Shown piece after piece: positions 27,565 to 40,385 of a stretch of 64,000 nucleotides of DNA. A program made the translations under genes and the position numbers. The stretch is from assembly GCA_013265495.1 (NCBI GenBank), contig MU061579.1, positions 1,331,159 through 1,395,158 of the forward strand. Direction: 5' to 3'. The stretch's first letter is position 1; every line of letters begins with the position of its first letter. The notes beneath the pieces were generated by a model, which ran no database searches, was not told where the DNA came from, and saw only the letters and a list, made by a program, of their open reading frames with translations. This DNA is from Vicugna vicugna. Taxonomy: Eukaryota.

Positions 27565-29829
27565 CTGAAGGCACAGCAAGAAAGAAAAAGACCCAATTGA
27601 ATATTTTTATTTTACATAAAAATTCTTATCAATGTCAAATTTATAGTATACTATTCAACAAATGCAAATGCTGCTAATTTCTGCTCTTAAATATAATAAA
27701 AGATTGTGACAAAAATGTAACTGCAATTTTTCAAGGGGAAGGAATCAACAGCTTTTATTTTAGCTTTGAATATTTTTAAATTTCCCTCTGGTTCTCTTGA
27801 CCTCTTTTAGCTATCAGAAATTCATTCACTGATGATTATTTTAAAGGAAAGAAACCCATGATCTCTGCTTTAATATTTCTTAAGCACTTTCATTCTGCTT
27901 CTTTGTGAGCTAGAAAACCTTAAAGGCGACTCTTTGCCTGAGATTTACCATAAAAAAAGAAAGAAAAATAAAACTATTAAATGTTGAGATGGCACAGTAA
28001 ATGATGATGAAGTATTATCAGTTAAATTTTGAACTGTTCTTGAGAGCTAGAGCTTTCAAAAATATGTATTATGGAAAGAAGGAATATAAATCAAATGTAT
28101 GTGATTTATTTATGTAGAAATTTAAGCTTTATATAAAATAGGCTGTAAGGTGAACACGTTTTGTCTTGATCTACAAGTTGAGGAAGTATTCAATATCTTT
28201 ATAGACAACAATGCAAATTAAAACAACCTAGATATATGGAATACCATATCATTGCATGAATTTTTATTTGAATATTCAATTACTTGATTATTATTATTAT
28301 TTTGAAATAATGATGAACTTAATTTAATAGTAAATTATTTTAAATTTTTATGTATCTTTTTAAAATACCAATCTATACTTTTAGTTGAGCACAAAATGGA
28401 ATTCTTTGAGATGTTTGCATTAGTTTCAAAGTGCATTTTTGGCACCTCAGAATGAAAATGTTTGCATATAATTGGATATTTCATGTATTGCCCTAAATCT
28501 CCTCCTTTGATTTTAAATTGCTTGCCTTTTAGCAAACATAACAGTTAACACTAGAGCAACAATTGATGTTGAACACTGAATTCTAAATAAAATTTTAAAT
28601 TCTTGGGGAATTTAACTTGTGAGTATGATGAAAAGTGGACAGTGATTTTGCATATGTGAAGTGTGAGGGTGAAGGAGAAAGCTTTGCAATGCTGTCTAAA
28701 GAGCTTCTATGTATTATTGTCAAAGGAATACATACATGCATAAATGAGAGTAATTATTTAATAGAAAATGGCATAGATGGAATATCAGTCACATATATAT
28801 TCTTTAACTGTGACCTTTATAAAGATTTCAAAATAGATTGAGGTGAATACCTAAACCCACATCTTCTTAGTAGGACTATATAAACCATATTCTATGTAGT
28901 TGTATCAATGATATTATTTAAAAATTTTATTCAGGGCTCTGATATTAATTTCCAAGTGATCTAATTGAACTACACTAAGAAATAGGCAAGGAAAAAAAAT
29001 TTTATTAGATACAGGTATGTCTCTGAAAGCTTTGGGTTTTGTCCCTTATTTGACACAACTTATTTTTGCATCTTTTGGGGCAGTTATTAAGTTTTAATCT
29101 TTGCTTATTGTTATCTCAGATAAGAGCCTTTAAGAATGGAGCTTTGTATGGGAGTGTCCTCTTCCTTGCAGGATGCTCTCGGGTTGAGCATGGACTCAGT
29201 TCTCCTCTGGTCTCCTCTGAGGCTCCAGTGTTTACCTATCCTCTCTTCACTTGGAAATTTGTTTTTGAAATGCAGTAAAATGGGGGGTATTTAAAACTTT
29301 TTCTAAGCCACTTTATGTTTAGAGTTTCTTCTAAAAACAGATTATCAAATACATAGGGTCAAGAGCATTCAAAACATTCTGGGAATGCCACTGGGGGAAA
29401 AAAAGTAAGTCCCTCCCTCAGAAACAGCTCAGGAAACTAGTTATTTAATAACTTTTTGCACAATATTACACAAAGTACACAAAATTATAATATAATTTCA
29501 TAAAATATGAGCTTGGTTGTTTTAAGGGAAATGTGTAGAAGGGATTTTCCAATGTCCCCTGACATCTCCATGTCATATAATACCTGACGGATTTTAAACT
29601 AAGCAATGTCACTAAAGCAAGTATAATGCTTCCATGGGTATAAGGTGAAGCTCAAGAATTATGTCTTTGACTGTGAGCAAAATTCAATTTTCTACCCTAA
29701 TGGGCAGCTTAGACTGCCCTGCTCAGTGTAGAGGCTTTGTAGAATTTTTTTTTAATCAAAAATAGTAGCTGAAGAATAATAGATAAGAATTAGTCTGGTC
29801 TTGGTTCTTTTACAATGGTAATTTGTGAT

Positions 29830-30170
29830 AAACTACTTTGAGGTCTGCAGTCCAAATGAAATTCAGCTATGATGAGAAACAGTTGCTTTGAGTGTATTCC
29901 AAGTCCAATCAGCTTGTTTCTCTACATTTTGGTCATTTTCTAACTCAGTTACCAATTCCACAGCTTCATTGTCCAAACTGGCTTTCACTCTGTTTGTCAA
30001 TCATGTTCACTTTTTTCTTCAGAGTTGCAGCTCATACTACTCCCATCACTCTGCTTCCCCCTACATCTTATTTCTTCTCTCACTTCTGCCAATTTTTCCA
30101 CAGTTGCCCTCATTTGCACTATTTTAAATTACATTATGCATCTTTCCCTGAACTGTGACTAATAGAGCAT
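29830..30170 (-). mobile_element. Ancient RTE-type LINE relic (L4/RTE-X-like)
   Basis: Minus-strand translation gives ...AATLKKK, then after a frameshift TNRVKASLDNEAVELVTELENDQNVEKQADWTWNTLKATVSHHS*ISFGLQTSK. This resembles the post-endonuclease linker of RTE ORFs (W..LK..+....+G...K). Confidence 0.45.
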
Positions 30171-30412
30171 TAAAATTATTTGTAAACTTTTTGTCTGATT
30201 TAAAATTACGAATCCCTTTTAAAAATTTGAATCATGGGATATTAAAACATTTTTTTCTTATTTGTTTATTATCTGTATTTAAAAGTACTAATTACCAAAA
30301 TTGCTCTTCTGTGTGAAGGAAAAACAGTGTACAGTGCTCCGATTTTTTTTCACCCTGATTTTGAATCCTCTCCTGGAATAGCCAGTACAGTAAGGAATGG
30401 TTTACATCTTAC

Positions 30413-30490
30413 CAGCTTTGTCCAATTCTTTTCAACTTCAGCCAGTTTTTTGAGTTACTGGAGGGAGTATTTACTTCCTCCAAGAAACAT
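30413..30490 (-). other. Candidate exon (78 nt), product unknown
   Basis: Minus strand: tactgac branch point, cttctccttctctttctccaaag acceptor, 78 nt, CTG|gtaaga donor. One frame is open (CFLEEVNTPSSNSKNWLKLKRIGQS), but I do not recognise it. Confidence 0.5.
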
Positions 30491-30910
30491 CTTTGGAGAA
30501 AGAGAAGGAGAAGAATTTCAGGACGTCAGTAAAACTACTGGCATGAAGCACGTGAGCGTGACCCTTTGTGGAAAGATTACACTTGCTATAAATAGAGTTT
30601 TACTCACGCTGACCAAATCATAGAAGGAGGAGCTACCAGTGACCTAGGTGATTTGGTTCAAGCTAAACATAACAGGCATCAGATCTAATGCAGTCCCATA
30701 TACTGTAGACCCTATGTTTTAGCATACAGTCTGCTACTCAGGGATGCTGGTTCATTAATTGGACAAGATTGAGCTTCTTTTACTATCACATTATTTGTGC
30801 TAATTATTGCAATGATACTTGCTGCAACAGATAAACCACAAACTCTGCAGTCAGTGAATACAATATCTTGCTCTTGTAAAGTGTAAAACAGGTGCGGCAT
30901 GACCAGTGGC

Positions 30911-30923
30911 GGGGGGGGGGGGG
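30911..30923. repeat. G13 homopolymer
   Basis: Directly visible. Confidence 0.95.
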
Positions 30924-31830
30924 CTCCCCTGTAAGCAGTGACTGAAAACAGCAGGGAACTTCCACCTGGTGGTTCCTCCACCCTCACCATGTGGTTTCCA
31001 TGTTTATCAAGATGGTTTGTATTAAGACTCAGAAAAGGAAAGAGCAAAATGTTAGGTTTTGGATGTCAGCCCACTTCATTTTGTTGGATCTCAGGTACAA
31101 ATGGCTCAAGTTAAGTGCAAGAACCAGCAGGCAATTTAATCTAGCTGAATACCCCAAAAGAAGTGGGGGTGGTGAGCAGCTGGTTGCTCTGTGCCACAGC
31201 GTCTATAACTGCACAAGTGTTGGAAATGGAGAGAGAAAACTTATTGAACCCACACTCTGGGAAGGGTTATTTTTTTCCATAAAATATTTAGAAATAATTA
31301 CTTATATAAATCATGTGGTTGAGTGACATTAGACACGTTTCATAAGATTAAGTAAAATTGGCCATTAAATTGAGTAGCGAGAACTTCAGGCAAGCCGCCA
31401 GCTAGGCAATCAGTTAATTCAACTTTTAAATGTAGTATGTTTGGAAAGAAGTGTTCAATGCTGATGTGTAGCCTCTGAGGAAATGCCTCTTTGAAAATAT
31501 TAGCACTTGGCATAAAATCTCATGCATGTGTATGTGAAGGAGGCATCGGGGGCTGTGGGAGATTAGGACAGGGATGAATAGTAAATAAATACATTTAGCT
31601 CAAAATATTGATCTGGAAATATTGTAAAATGTCTATAAAATATTTTAAAATATGTGATTACATAATTAATTTTATTTCATGCTATCTTATTGCTGTAATT
31701 TTCAAATCATTTCTAATGTAGAAAGAAACCACAGAATTGGGATCTAAGGGTAAATATCATTGCCTTATAACATTGGCTATTGACAGATAAGAGTAAATAA
31801 TAAAGCCAGATAAATTCATAAAAATGGCAT

Positions 31831-32430
31831 TGTGGGAAGAATGTTTCCTCCGCCCCCCTTCTCCCCACCTACCTCCACCTGGGAAGATGTGTCCGGAAAC
31901 CGTGAATATATTACACGATATGTCAGAAAGAGATTTGCAGATAAAATTAAGGTTACAGACTTTAAAAAAGAGAAATAATACTGGATTTTCCAGCAGGACC
32001 CAATCTATGCACATTAGCTCTTAAGGACAATGGTTCTCGCTGCTTAGAGTGCTGAAGAAAATGTGGCTGCAGGGAAAGCCAGAGGGATTTGAAGACTAAG
32101 GACTCCCGCCACCATTGTGTGGAAAACACTAGAAGGAATTGGTGCAGCACGTGAACAAAGACTGTGTTGTTGAGGACCACACAAAAACTGCCAGGAACTA
32201 AATTCAGCCAACAATGAACATGTCTGAAAGCAGATTTTCCCCTAGAGCCTCCAGAACATATTACAGCCCTGCCTACACCCTGAGTTCTGCCTGGTGAGAC
32301 GGGACAGACACCAGACAGAGCCGTACTCTGCCTGGGCTTCGGACCTGCAGAACTGTGAGATGATAAATTTGTGTTGTTTTCATCCACAGAGCCTTTGTGA
32401 TTTGTTATGGAAGCAATGGAAAACTGAGGT
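31831..32430 (+). mobile_element. MaLR solo LTR, MLT1D/E-like
   Basis: gagatttgcagataaaattaaggttacagact, aggaactaaattcagccaacaa, agcagattttcccctagagcctccaga, gacctgcagaactgtgagatgataaatttgtgttgtttt, tttgttatggaagcaatggaaaact. Confidence 0.85.
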
Positions 32431-33676
32431 AATTATGAAAAAAAAAAAAGAAAGACAAAGTGAGGAAGATGGGTCTAATCTCATTTGTCCAAAAGGATTC
32501 CACATATCCACAGATGACATGCAAAGGCCACCAACCCTGCTTATATGGTTCAGTGGAAATTTAGGCTGACATTTAAAAAACATAGTAATATAATTTCAAA
32601 CAGATTTATTAAGAGACAATATTGTTTTATTTTTCATATGGCTTAATTAGAAAAAGAAATTGAGTAAAATTTCACATTTTATTTCTTCATATAATTTCTC
32701 AGCCTTGGAAACCCAGTTAATTATTCTAAACTAGTTTGATTGGCACACATTTGGTAGATGCTTATTCTAGGTATTTTATTCAAAATAGTCTATTTCTCTC
32801 TGTTCCAGAAACATCTCATTTACAGCTTTTTTCTAGTGATCCAGTTTTTCTTTTTCTTTTGATTCAGTTTTATTTAAGAAGATATTTTTGTTATTATTGC
32901 ATGTATTTTTGTGTCTTCTTAAATTTTTATTATTCAAATTTTGCTGAGTTATTATCAGAGAATGTGACATTTACAGTGAAAACTTTTTCTGACATACATA
33001 GTAAATATATATATTATATGTATATAAATTAGTTAATTTAATTTAATTCTCTACTTTAAAATGTATAAATTATCTTTTCTCATTTTAGGATGATGGTATT
33101 AAATTGGCACTTTTCCTTTCTCTTGTAAATTGCATGGTAACAAGAAGAAAAAAATTTTAAATAAATAAAATTTATTTTTATGAAACTACAAGTGGCTTAA
33201 AATTCCAAATGCCATATTTTTAAGGAAAGGATGGAAGAAAGGCTGAAAAATTAAAAACAAAAAAAGCAGTAGAAACCAAAACAACTATATGTGAGATGAA
33301 GACTAGATGGTGTCAAAGCTAGTCCTGTCAGAAATATCCAGAAACAGATACTTCTTGATGGTCAGGAGTACAGCCTGAGATACAAAACCTAAATGCCTTA
33401 TTTGGAGAAGCAAGAATTGAAACATATATTGATAGCAGAAGGTCCCCAGCCTCCTTGTTTATGAACAACAAGGGGACACACCTAAATGAAGATTTACACA
33501 GGCAAGTTATAATTCCAGGAAGCTGCCTACCTCTGTGGCAATAGTGCCAGAGTAAGACTTCAAACTGTAAATACTCTTCAGCTGAACATTGCTCTGAGGT
33601 GGAGAACAGTGCTGTCCAATTAAACTTACACACAATTCCATCCGTATAAGACTCATGTTTCAAAGATGAATAATGA

Positions 33677-33970
33677 GTCACTGACATAGGAAACACAATT
33701 ATGGTTACCAAAGGAGATGGAAGGGAAAAGGTAAATTAGGAATTTGGGATTAAAAGACACACACTACTATATATAAAACAGATAAACTACAAAGACCTAC
33801 TGTATAGCACAAGGAACTGTATTCAATATCTTGTAATAACCTGCAATGGAAAATAATCTGAAAAATTATATATATATATATATATGTATATATGTCTGAC
33901 TGAATCACTTAGCTGTACACCTGAAACTTTACAAATCAACTATACTTCAAATAAAAAAAACAGATTAAAA
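33677..33970 (+). mobile_element. Cetartiodactyl-type L1 3' end with perfect 15-bp TSD
   Basis: TSD aaagatgaataatga at 33662-33676 and 33971-33985. Body contains tatggttaccaaagg, gacctactgtatagcacaaggaactgtattcaatatcttgtaataacct and ctgaatcacttagctgtacacctgaaact, then an A-rich tail. Confidence 0.92.
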
Positions 33971-34134
33971 AAAGATGAATAATGAAGATGGAAATAGATG
34001 ACTGTATAAAGACATCACGAAAACTGAGAAAATATGAAATATGAAAAACCAGTTGCAAGCAAATAACACTCTTCAGAAAAAATTTGAGATAATGTGTATA
34101 AACGTGTGTCTACACATACATTTACATACGTTTA

Positions 34135-34151
34135 TCTCTCTCTCTCTCTCT
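34135..34151. repeat. (TC)n microsatellite
   Basis: Directly visible. Confidence 0.9.
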
Positions 34152-36129
34152 ATTCATAATGCAGATAAAATGTTGAAAAAAAAATCCATGAGCTAAAATG
34201 GCAACAATGGAATCAATCAGTTCCATAATTTCAGACAGACAACATGTAACAATGTGAAAGCACATTGTTGTTACCATAAATTACCTACCCTCCAGTAAAT
34301 AGACTTCTAATGTCATCTATAATTCTGACTTTATTATTTAAAGGTGCTCTTTAATTCTGACATACGATTTGAGAGAATCATTCTATTTTTATTATATTTC
34401 TGTGTTGAATTAAATGAGCTACATAAATTCCTCTAATAAAAGCAAAAAGACGTTTTTGAAATGCTTGATATCAAATCTACAGAAATCTGCTTTACCTTGC
34501 ATATATTCTTTCATTATTGATTTTCTTAACATCTTGACATAATGAGGGAATTCGGAAATACAACTGATATAACTATAACTCTGAGATAGTCTAACACTGC
34601 TGTGAAGTATTTTGACAAGCTCTGCTTCTGCTACCCCTGGAAAAAAGCATAAAAGTGTATTAAAACTAAAATAAGTATGGCTAATACCCATTAGTTTCAA
34701 CCTAGTTTCACATAGTATTTAGAAGTTGTCCCAGTTAAATCCATCAAAACACAAACCCTGCTAGGACAGGGGAGTTTTGTCCCTAAGGGCCCTTTCTTAT
34801 AATTGCAGACCCATCTGATTTTTAAGTCATGTGAAAAGTCAATATGGAATCTCCAGGGAAGCTAGTTCTTTCCCAACTTTTCTATTTCTCTATTACTATG
34901 TTCATCTCATTTCAACTCTCATTCAAATTTTAACAACTGCAAGAGTAGGCTTATTTCAGAGCCTCCTGACATACATTTTTACCTGGTAGAAGAGTCCAAA
35001 ACCCTCAGGGACCGTATCAAAAATGCCCCACTTAAAAAGAATTTGCTGAAGTGCGTTTATGAACTCAGTCTCTATGCAGTCAGCAGTACAAGTCTATAAT
35101 TTTCCTCAAATGAAGCTTGGCCTTTGAGCATAGTTATACACTGTATCAAAGTCACATGCAATTACAAAAATGCGTGAAAAAAAATCAAGACCCTTTAGGC
35201 AGCCGTTCTGATCATAGAGGTCAAAGAAACGCCAACAGACTCTAGTTTCCATCGCTTGCCTCCAGTCAGGGCTGTATTACAGCCACCCAGAAAGATGATT
35301 TTCTCTTTAAAACATATTCTCCAATTATTCTCTATAGAAAGATATACAAACACATCATATCCTAATATAACTTTCTCATGATGTTAAGGATAAAAAAGAT
35401 TTTTGAGTAAGAAAATGTGTGGTTGCTGATTTGTACTTTTGGATCAAGAGAGACATTTACAATGAATAGCAAGAGATTATAATTACTGAAGAAGGGGCAA
35501 ATTAGTTTTACTGTCCTGCAAAAGCAAGTAACTAGTATGTAGCAAATTATAATCCATGAATACTTAACTCCCCTTAGGTATTTCTCTCTTATTACATGGC
35601 AGAGAATATATCAAGAAATAACTCTTCTAAAAATGCAAATTCATCCCATGAATGCTTAACTCTTTTGTTAATCTGAGGAGCGGTTCTTTTTTCAGTCTTC
35701 ATCTATTATTAAAAAAAAAAAAAAGAACAGGAAAGGGAAAAAAATTCCCGCTAAAAGAAATCAAGCTGAATTTCAATCATGATAGTTTTTGGAAATCAAA
35801 ACCTCTGTGGATATTTGGTGATATTTTTAAATAAAACTGAAAAATAATTACTTCAGTTGAAAAACTCAATTAAAATTTCAGATTACCTATGGAAATATAA
35901 ATCATGAGATTTTGTAAAGTGTCCAAATGTTACTTATATGGTAAATTTATACTTTTTTTGCCCTTCAATCAGAATTAACCATGGTAAGCATAAATATAAT
36001 TTATAATGTTATATTCTATCAATTTCTGTGATGAAATATTACTACATGTAGATTTAATGCCTGAATTAGAGTCACATTTAAAGATTCATGGAGAAATTTC
36101 TTTATGCATATGATAAAAACAAGACTTAC

Positions 36130-36186
36130 CATAAACAAAACAAAAGTGCTCATGAAGACGCTATTTTACTTTTTTTTTTAAGATCT
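36130..36186 (-). other. Candidate non-coding exon (57 nt)
   Basis: Minus strand: gtgtttttatttttttctatgtag|AGATCT...TTTATG|gtaagt. Low-complexity content. Confidence 0.25.
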
Positions 36187-37269
36187 CTACATAGAAAAAA
36201 ATAAAAACACTTCTCTGAAATAAAGTACCAAGGCTAGGGAACTAAACAACTGAAATATATATAATAGCTTTAATCACATTTCCATCTAGTGATTTCAGAA
36301 CAAAGTGCTGTATTCTGTATTCATAGCTAACCCATTTATCAATACATTCAAATTAACTTAAAAAAATGTCTGCAGTGTGTAACAAATTTTGATAGGGTTT
36401 ATGATGATCTTTGTGAGAATGAAAACTACCATCCAAGTGCTTAATAAAACGCTTGAACACAATGGATGTGAAATTAAAAAAAGAACTAACAGAATAACTA
36501 AATGGGTGTGCCTAATAATGTTTTTCTATCTTGTCTACAATGTCAATTTACCACATCTTTGTTTTAACTTCAAAAATGGGTCAAAAAGTGATTTCACCAA
36601 TCCTAGTTCTTAATGGACCATCACCATGGTTTATTCTGTTTTGTGTCCATTTCTTTTGCATTTATCTTTGAATACTATTGATTCTTCCATAATTTGTATA
36701 TGCCTTTTAAAAAGTGAACTTCTCTGTGTTTCCTCTGGGTATGAACTGCCTCAAAGTGATTCCTTCCTTTATGTAGAAATATATATGCTTATTTATACAT
36801 AAAGATGTATTAGAAAAATATTGTAAAAATTCAAAATTTCAATTCCATCGTTAGCTATATGCTCCTGTACAATCATTTCTAACAAAATATTTGGAAAGCT
36901 GACAACGTCTATGATTGCCTTACTTCCTAATATAAAGCCTGCACCGACCTTTTGCAAATATTCCATCTGTTCATTATTCTTTCTTAATTTATTTATGAAT
37001 ATATTCACTGATGTCCAGCCTGTGAAAGTAAAGATACAACCTGGCAAATGGACCACAGTGGTATAAGAGAAATATTAGTATTTTACTTTCCTCCAGAATT
37101 AGGATAGAATGTCTTCCTGGGATTTTTTTGTTATGACATGATACTTTCAGTAGAATAAAATAAAACAAATAAAAATAAAACAAATTAACTGTTTTTTGTT
37201 TGTTCATTTTCTTTAAGGATTCTTGAGGGGAATGGTGGCCATTTAAATCAAAATTTCCCAAGTCATGTT

Positions 37270-38100
37270 TTTAAAAAAGTTAAAATGAAGAGAAAACAGA
37301 ACTAAACATGTTATCTCTACTATAACTAGAAGGCAAAAAAAAAAAAGAAGTCAAAAGCATAAAAATTGCACTGTGACAAGAAAGAAAAAAGAAAAAAGAA
37401 GTCTTTTCCCCAAAATTAAAAAGAACATAAACAAATCAAAAGACATTCAATATCTCCCCCATCATTCCTGCTGCCAAAAAAAAAAAAAAAAGCAAAGGAA
37501 CTTAGTAAAGAAATCTAATTTATAAAACTGACAGAAGAGGCTGTTCACCTTCAAATTATACTCAAACAGGACTTTTTTGATATAATAAAACATTAAAAAT
37601 TTTAAAAATCCTAAAAACAGAAATTGACTAAATAAAGTTAGAAGTAAAATGAGAATTAATTGAATTTATTAAATAAATAGATGCAAAAAGAAAATCATAA
37701 AAAATGAAGACTTGGTTAAAAAGTGTCTGAGGAAGAACAGATTAGGGGAAAATAAAAAACTTAACAATGAATATTATAAAAAAAATAAGAAAAACAACCA
37801 AAAGATTGAAACAGAAAAAAAAGAATTTAAAAAACTGTTAAAAACTCTTGAGTAAAAGAGAACTAAAACTACTAGCTTTCAAAATAATAATCGAAACTAC
37901 ATATTTTAGTTTATAATTGAATTATTTGGAAAAGTGTTCAGATATATACAAGGGAAATTTAGTTTACCTCATTAGAAATATAAAGTTCCAACAGACAAAT
38001 AGCTATAGTGAAAATGGAAAACTTTTTAACAAACTATTCCACAAAAATCACCACGTCAAATGATTAAAAATGGAATTTAAAAAGGCCTCAAATTTTTTAG
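37270..38100 (+). mobile_element. Very A-rich block, probably decayed L1/HAL1 ORF1 region
   Basis: Strong plus-strand A bias typical of sense L1. No diagnostic motif recognised with certainty. Confidence 0.35.
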
Positions 38101-38104
38101 GAAC

Positions 38105-38588
38105 TGTGATGGGGGTATTTATGTGTCAACTTAACTAGGTTGTGGAGTGCCAGAAATTTAGTCAAAATGATTCTGGGTGTTTCTATGAGGATATTTCTTG
38201 ATGAGATGAACATTTAACTGAGTAGATACAGTGAATCAGGTTGCCCTCCCCACTGTGGGAGGACCTCATTCCACAGGTGAAGGCCTAAATAGAACAAAAA
38301 GGCTGGCCCTCCCTAAATAAGGTAATTTTTCTTTCCTGCCAGCTCTTGAACTGGGACACTGGCAATTTTTCTGCTGAAACATCAGGTTTTACTTCATCTG
38401 GAGCTGCCAGCCTTCAGACTGCAATTACACCGTCAGCTCTCCTGGGTCTCTGGCTGGTTGACTCACCCTGCTGATCTTGGGTCTTGTCAGCATCCATGAT
38501 CAGTTGAATCAGATCTTTACTGCAAACCTTCCTCTCTGTACGTGTATACCCTACCAGTTCTGTTGCTCTAGAGAACCCTACTAATACA
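38105..38588 (+). mobile_element. ERVL solo LTR, MLT2-like
   Basis: TG...CA ends: tgtgatgggggtatttatgtgtcaactt ... ttctgttgctctagagaaccctactaataca. Internal ttctgggtgtttctatgagg, gatgagatgaacattt and gaaggcctaaatagaacaaaaaggctg. Confidence 0.9.
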
Positions 38589-38894
38589 ATACACAAAACT
38601 GAGGAAAATTTTTCGAAGATTATTTTCATGAAGCAAGTACTATCTTGGCATGTTACTATGACAAAAAAAAAGTAGAAAAAAGGCAAAAGACACAGTAATA
38701 TGATTTCTGAATTAAAGGCAAAAGCATTAAATAAAATATTAACAAACCAACTTTAAAAATGCCAAGATGGCATAACAAGGACTAGTGTATGAAAATGAGC
38801 ATTGTAATCAGTTATAACCCATAGAATATAATAAATCACACATCCATATTGACAAAAACAAACAAATAAATAACTCACCCTAAGAATACCCTGG

Positions 38895-39115
38895 TTTTTA
38901 AGAGAAATATATTGAAGCACTTAGATGTTAATTAGTGTCATATACATAACTTTCAAATGATTCAAAAAATAATAATATCTGCAAGAAACAGTAAAGCAAA
39001 CACAATAAAATGCTAGCATGTGGAGAATCTGTATAAAAGATATACAGAGGATCTCTATTTTGTGTCTGAAATTTTTCTGAAAATTTGAAGTTATTTCAAA
39101 ATAAAAATTTTAAAG
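38895..39115 (+). mobile_element. Old L1 (L1MC/ME-type) 3' end
   Basis: taactttcaaatgattcaaaaaa...aaagcaaacacaataaaatgcta...ggagaatctg...aaatttgaagttatttcaaaataaaaa. Confidence 0.65.
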
Positions 39116-39850
39116 ATAGAGGTCTCCTTTCAATGGAATTAGGTTTTCAGTATCTTTTTGAAGAATTGATGAAAATATTATGACATGTCTTCTTGGTGTG
39201 ATTTTCCTATTACAGAGCTCACTTTTCAGAGGATATGGAATGACTAACATTGACACAATGGATTTATATGGAATGAGTAGAGTTGCTATTTTAATATTGA
39301 AGTCTCATGACATCCATGATGATTGAAAATAGTGACAACAACCCAACTATAATTAACGTTTTTTGCAGAAAAGAAAGTTATGTAAATTAGAATTCAGCAG
39401 AATTAGAATTTTTCAGATTCATTTTGAAATGCAGTATTAGAATTAAGGAGAGTCACTTTTAAATTAGCAGATTCAGTTTGAAATGCAATATTAAAACAGA
39501 GATATCAAAGCTGACAACTATCCCAGAATTTTTTCACCACTGGGCATTTGTTTCTTCTCTGTTACAGGCATAGAGTGCAAGATGCTGGAAGACTTTATGC
39601 AAACCAAGAGTCTAAATTTCATTATAATCTCACTGGGATAGGGAGGCAAAAATTGTATACAGGGTCACCAAGGAAGATAGGATTTCAGAGCAAACATCAC
39701 AGATAAAGGGAATTTGAGAAAAGCACACCTGATATTTAGTACCTAACTTCCTTTTGAGTGATTTGAGGGTTTGAATGTTTGCAATGTGCACATTTCCAGG
39801 GTAAGATATTGTCAAGGAAAAGAAAAAAAAGAAAGAGAAAGAAAGAAACA

Positions 39851-39877
39851 AACCAACCAACCAACCAACCAACCAAC
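39851..39877. repeat. (AACC)n microsatellite
   Basis: Directly visible, about 6.75 units. Confidence 0.95.
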
Positions 39878-39924
39878 AAACCAGGGAACTACTGCTAAGG
39901 AACTAAAAACAACACCAACCACAA

Positions 39925-40385
39925 CAATCTAATCAGCATTACTTATAAAACTGGGAACAGCTCAAATATACATCAATAGCAGGAGGAATAAATAAAATAC
40001 TATGTGTGTACGTAGCAGAACAGTCCCCAGCAATGAAATAGAACAAACTACTTTAATTATAAGCATTAATAGTGATGAGTATCATAGACGAGTGGTTGAG
40101 TGACATAATGAGGAAAGGAATGTACCATCTATGGAATGTTCATGAACAAGTGGAATGAACCAATGGTAGTGATAGAAATCAGAATAGTCTACACATTTGC
40201 AGTGTGTGTAATAACTGGGATGGAACACAGGGGTGGGGCTTCTGAAATGTTACTTATATTTTGCATCTTAATCTAGATGTTTGTTCTAAGGGCATGGTTA
40301 CTTTGTAGAAATTAACTGAGTTTTACACATTAGATTTTTCCTCTTTTAGAAGTTATTATTTTTCAAAGGAAATGTTAAAAAACAA
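39925..40385 (+). mobile_element. Old L1 (L1ME-type) 3' UTR fragment
   Basis: aaaactgggaacagctcaaatatacatcaatag, cagcaatgaaatagaacaaactac, gtgatagaaatcagaatagt, taactgggatggaacacaggg. Confidence 0.7.

Noticed and set aside
31962..32387. 141-aa ORF
   Set aside because: Entirely antisense within an MLT1 LTR.
33328..33711. 127-aa ORF
   Set aside because: It starts inside the L1 insertion and crosses its TSD, so it is a chance chimera.
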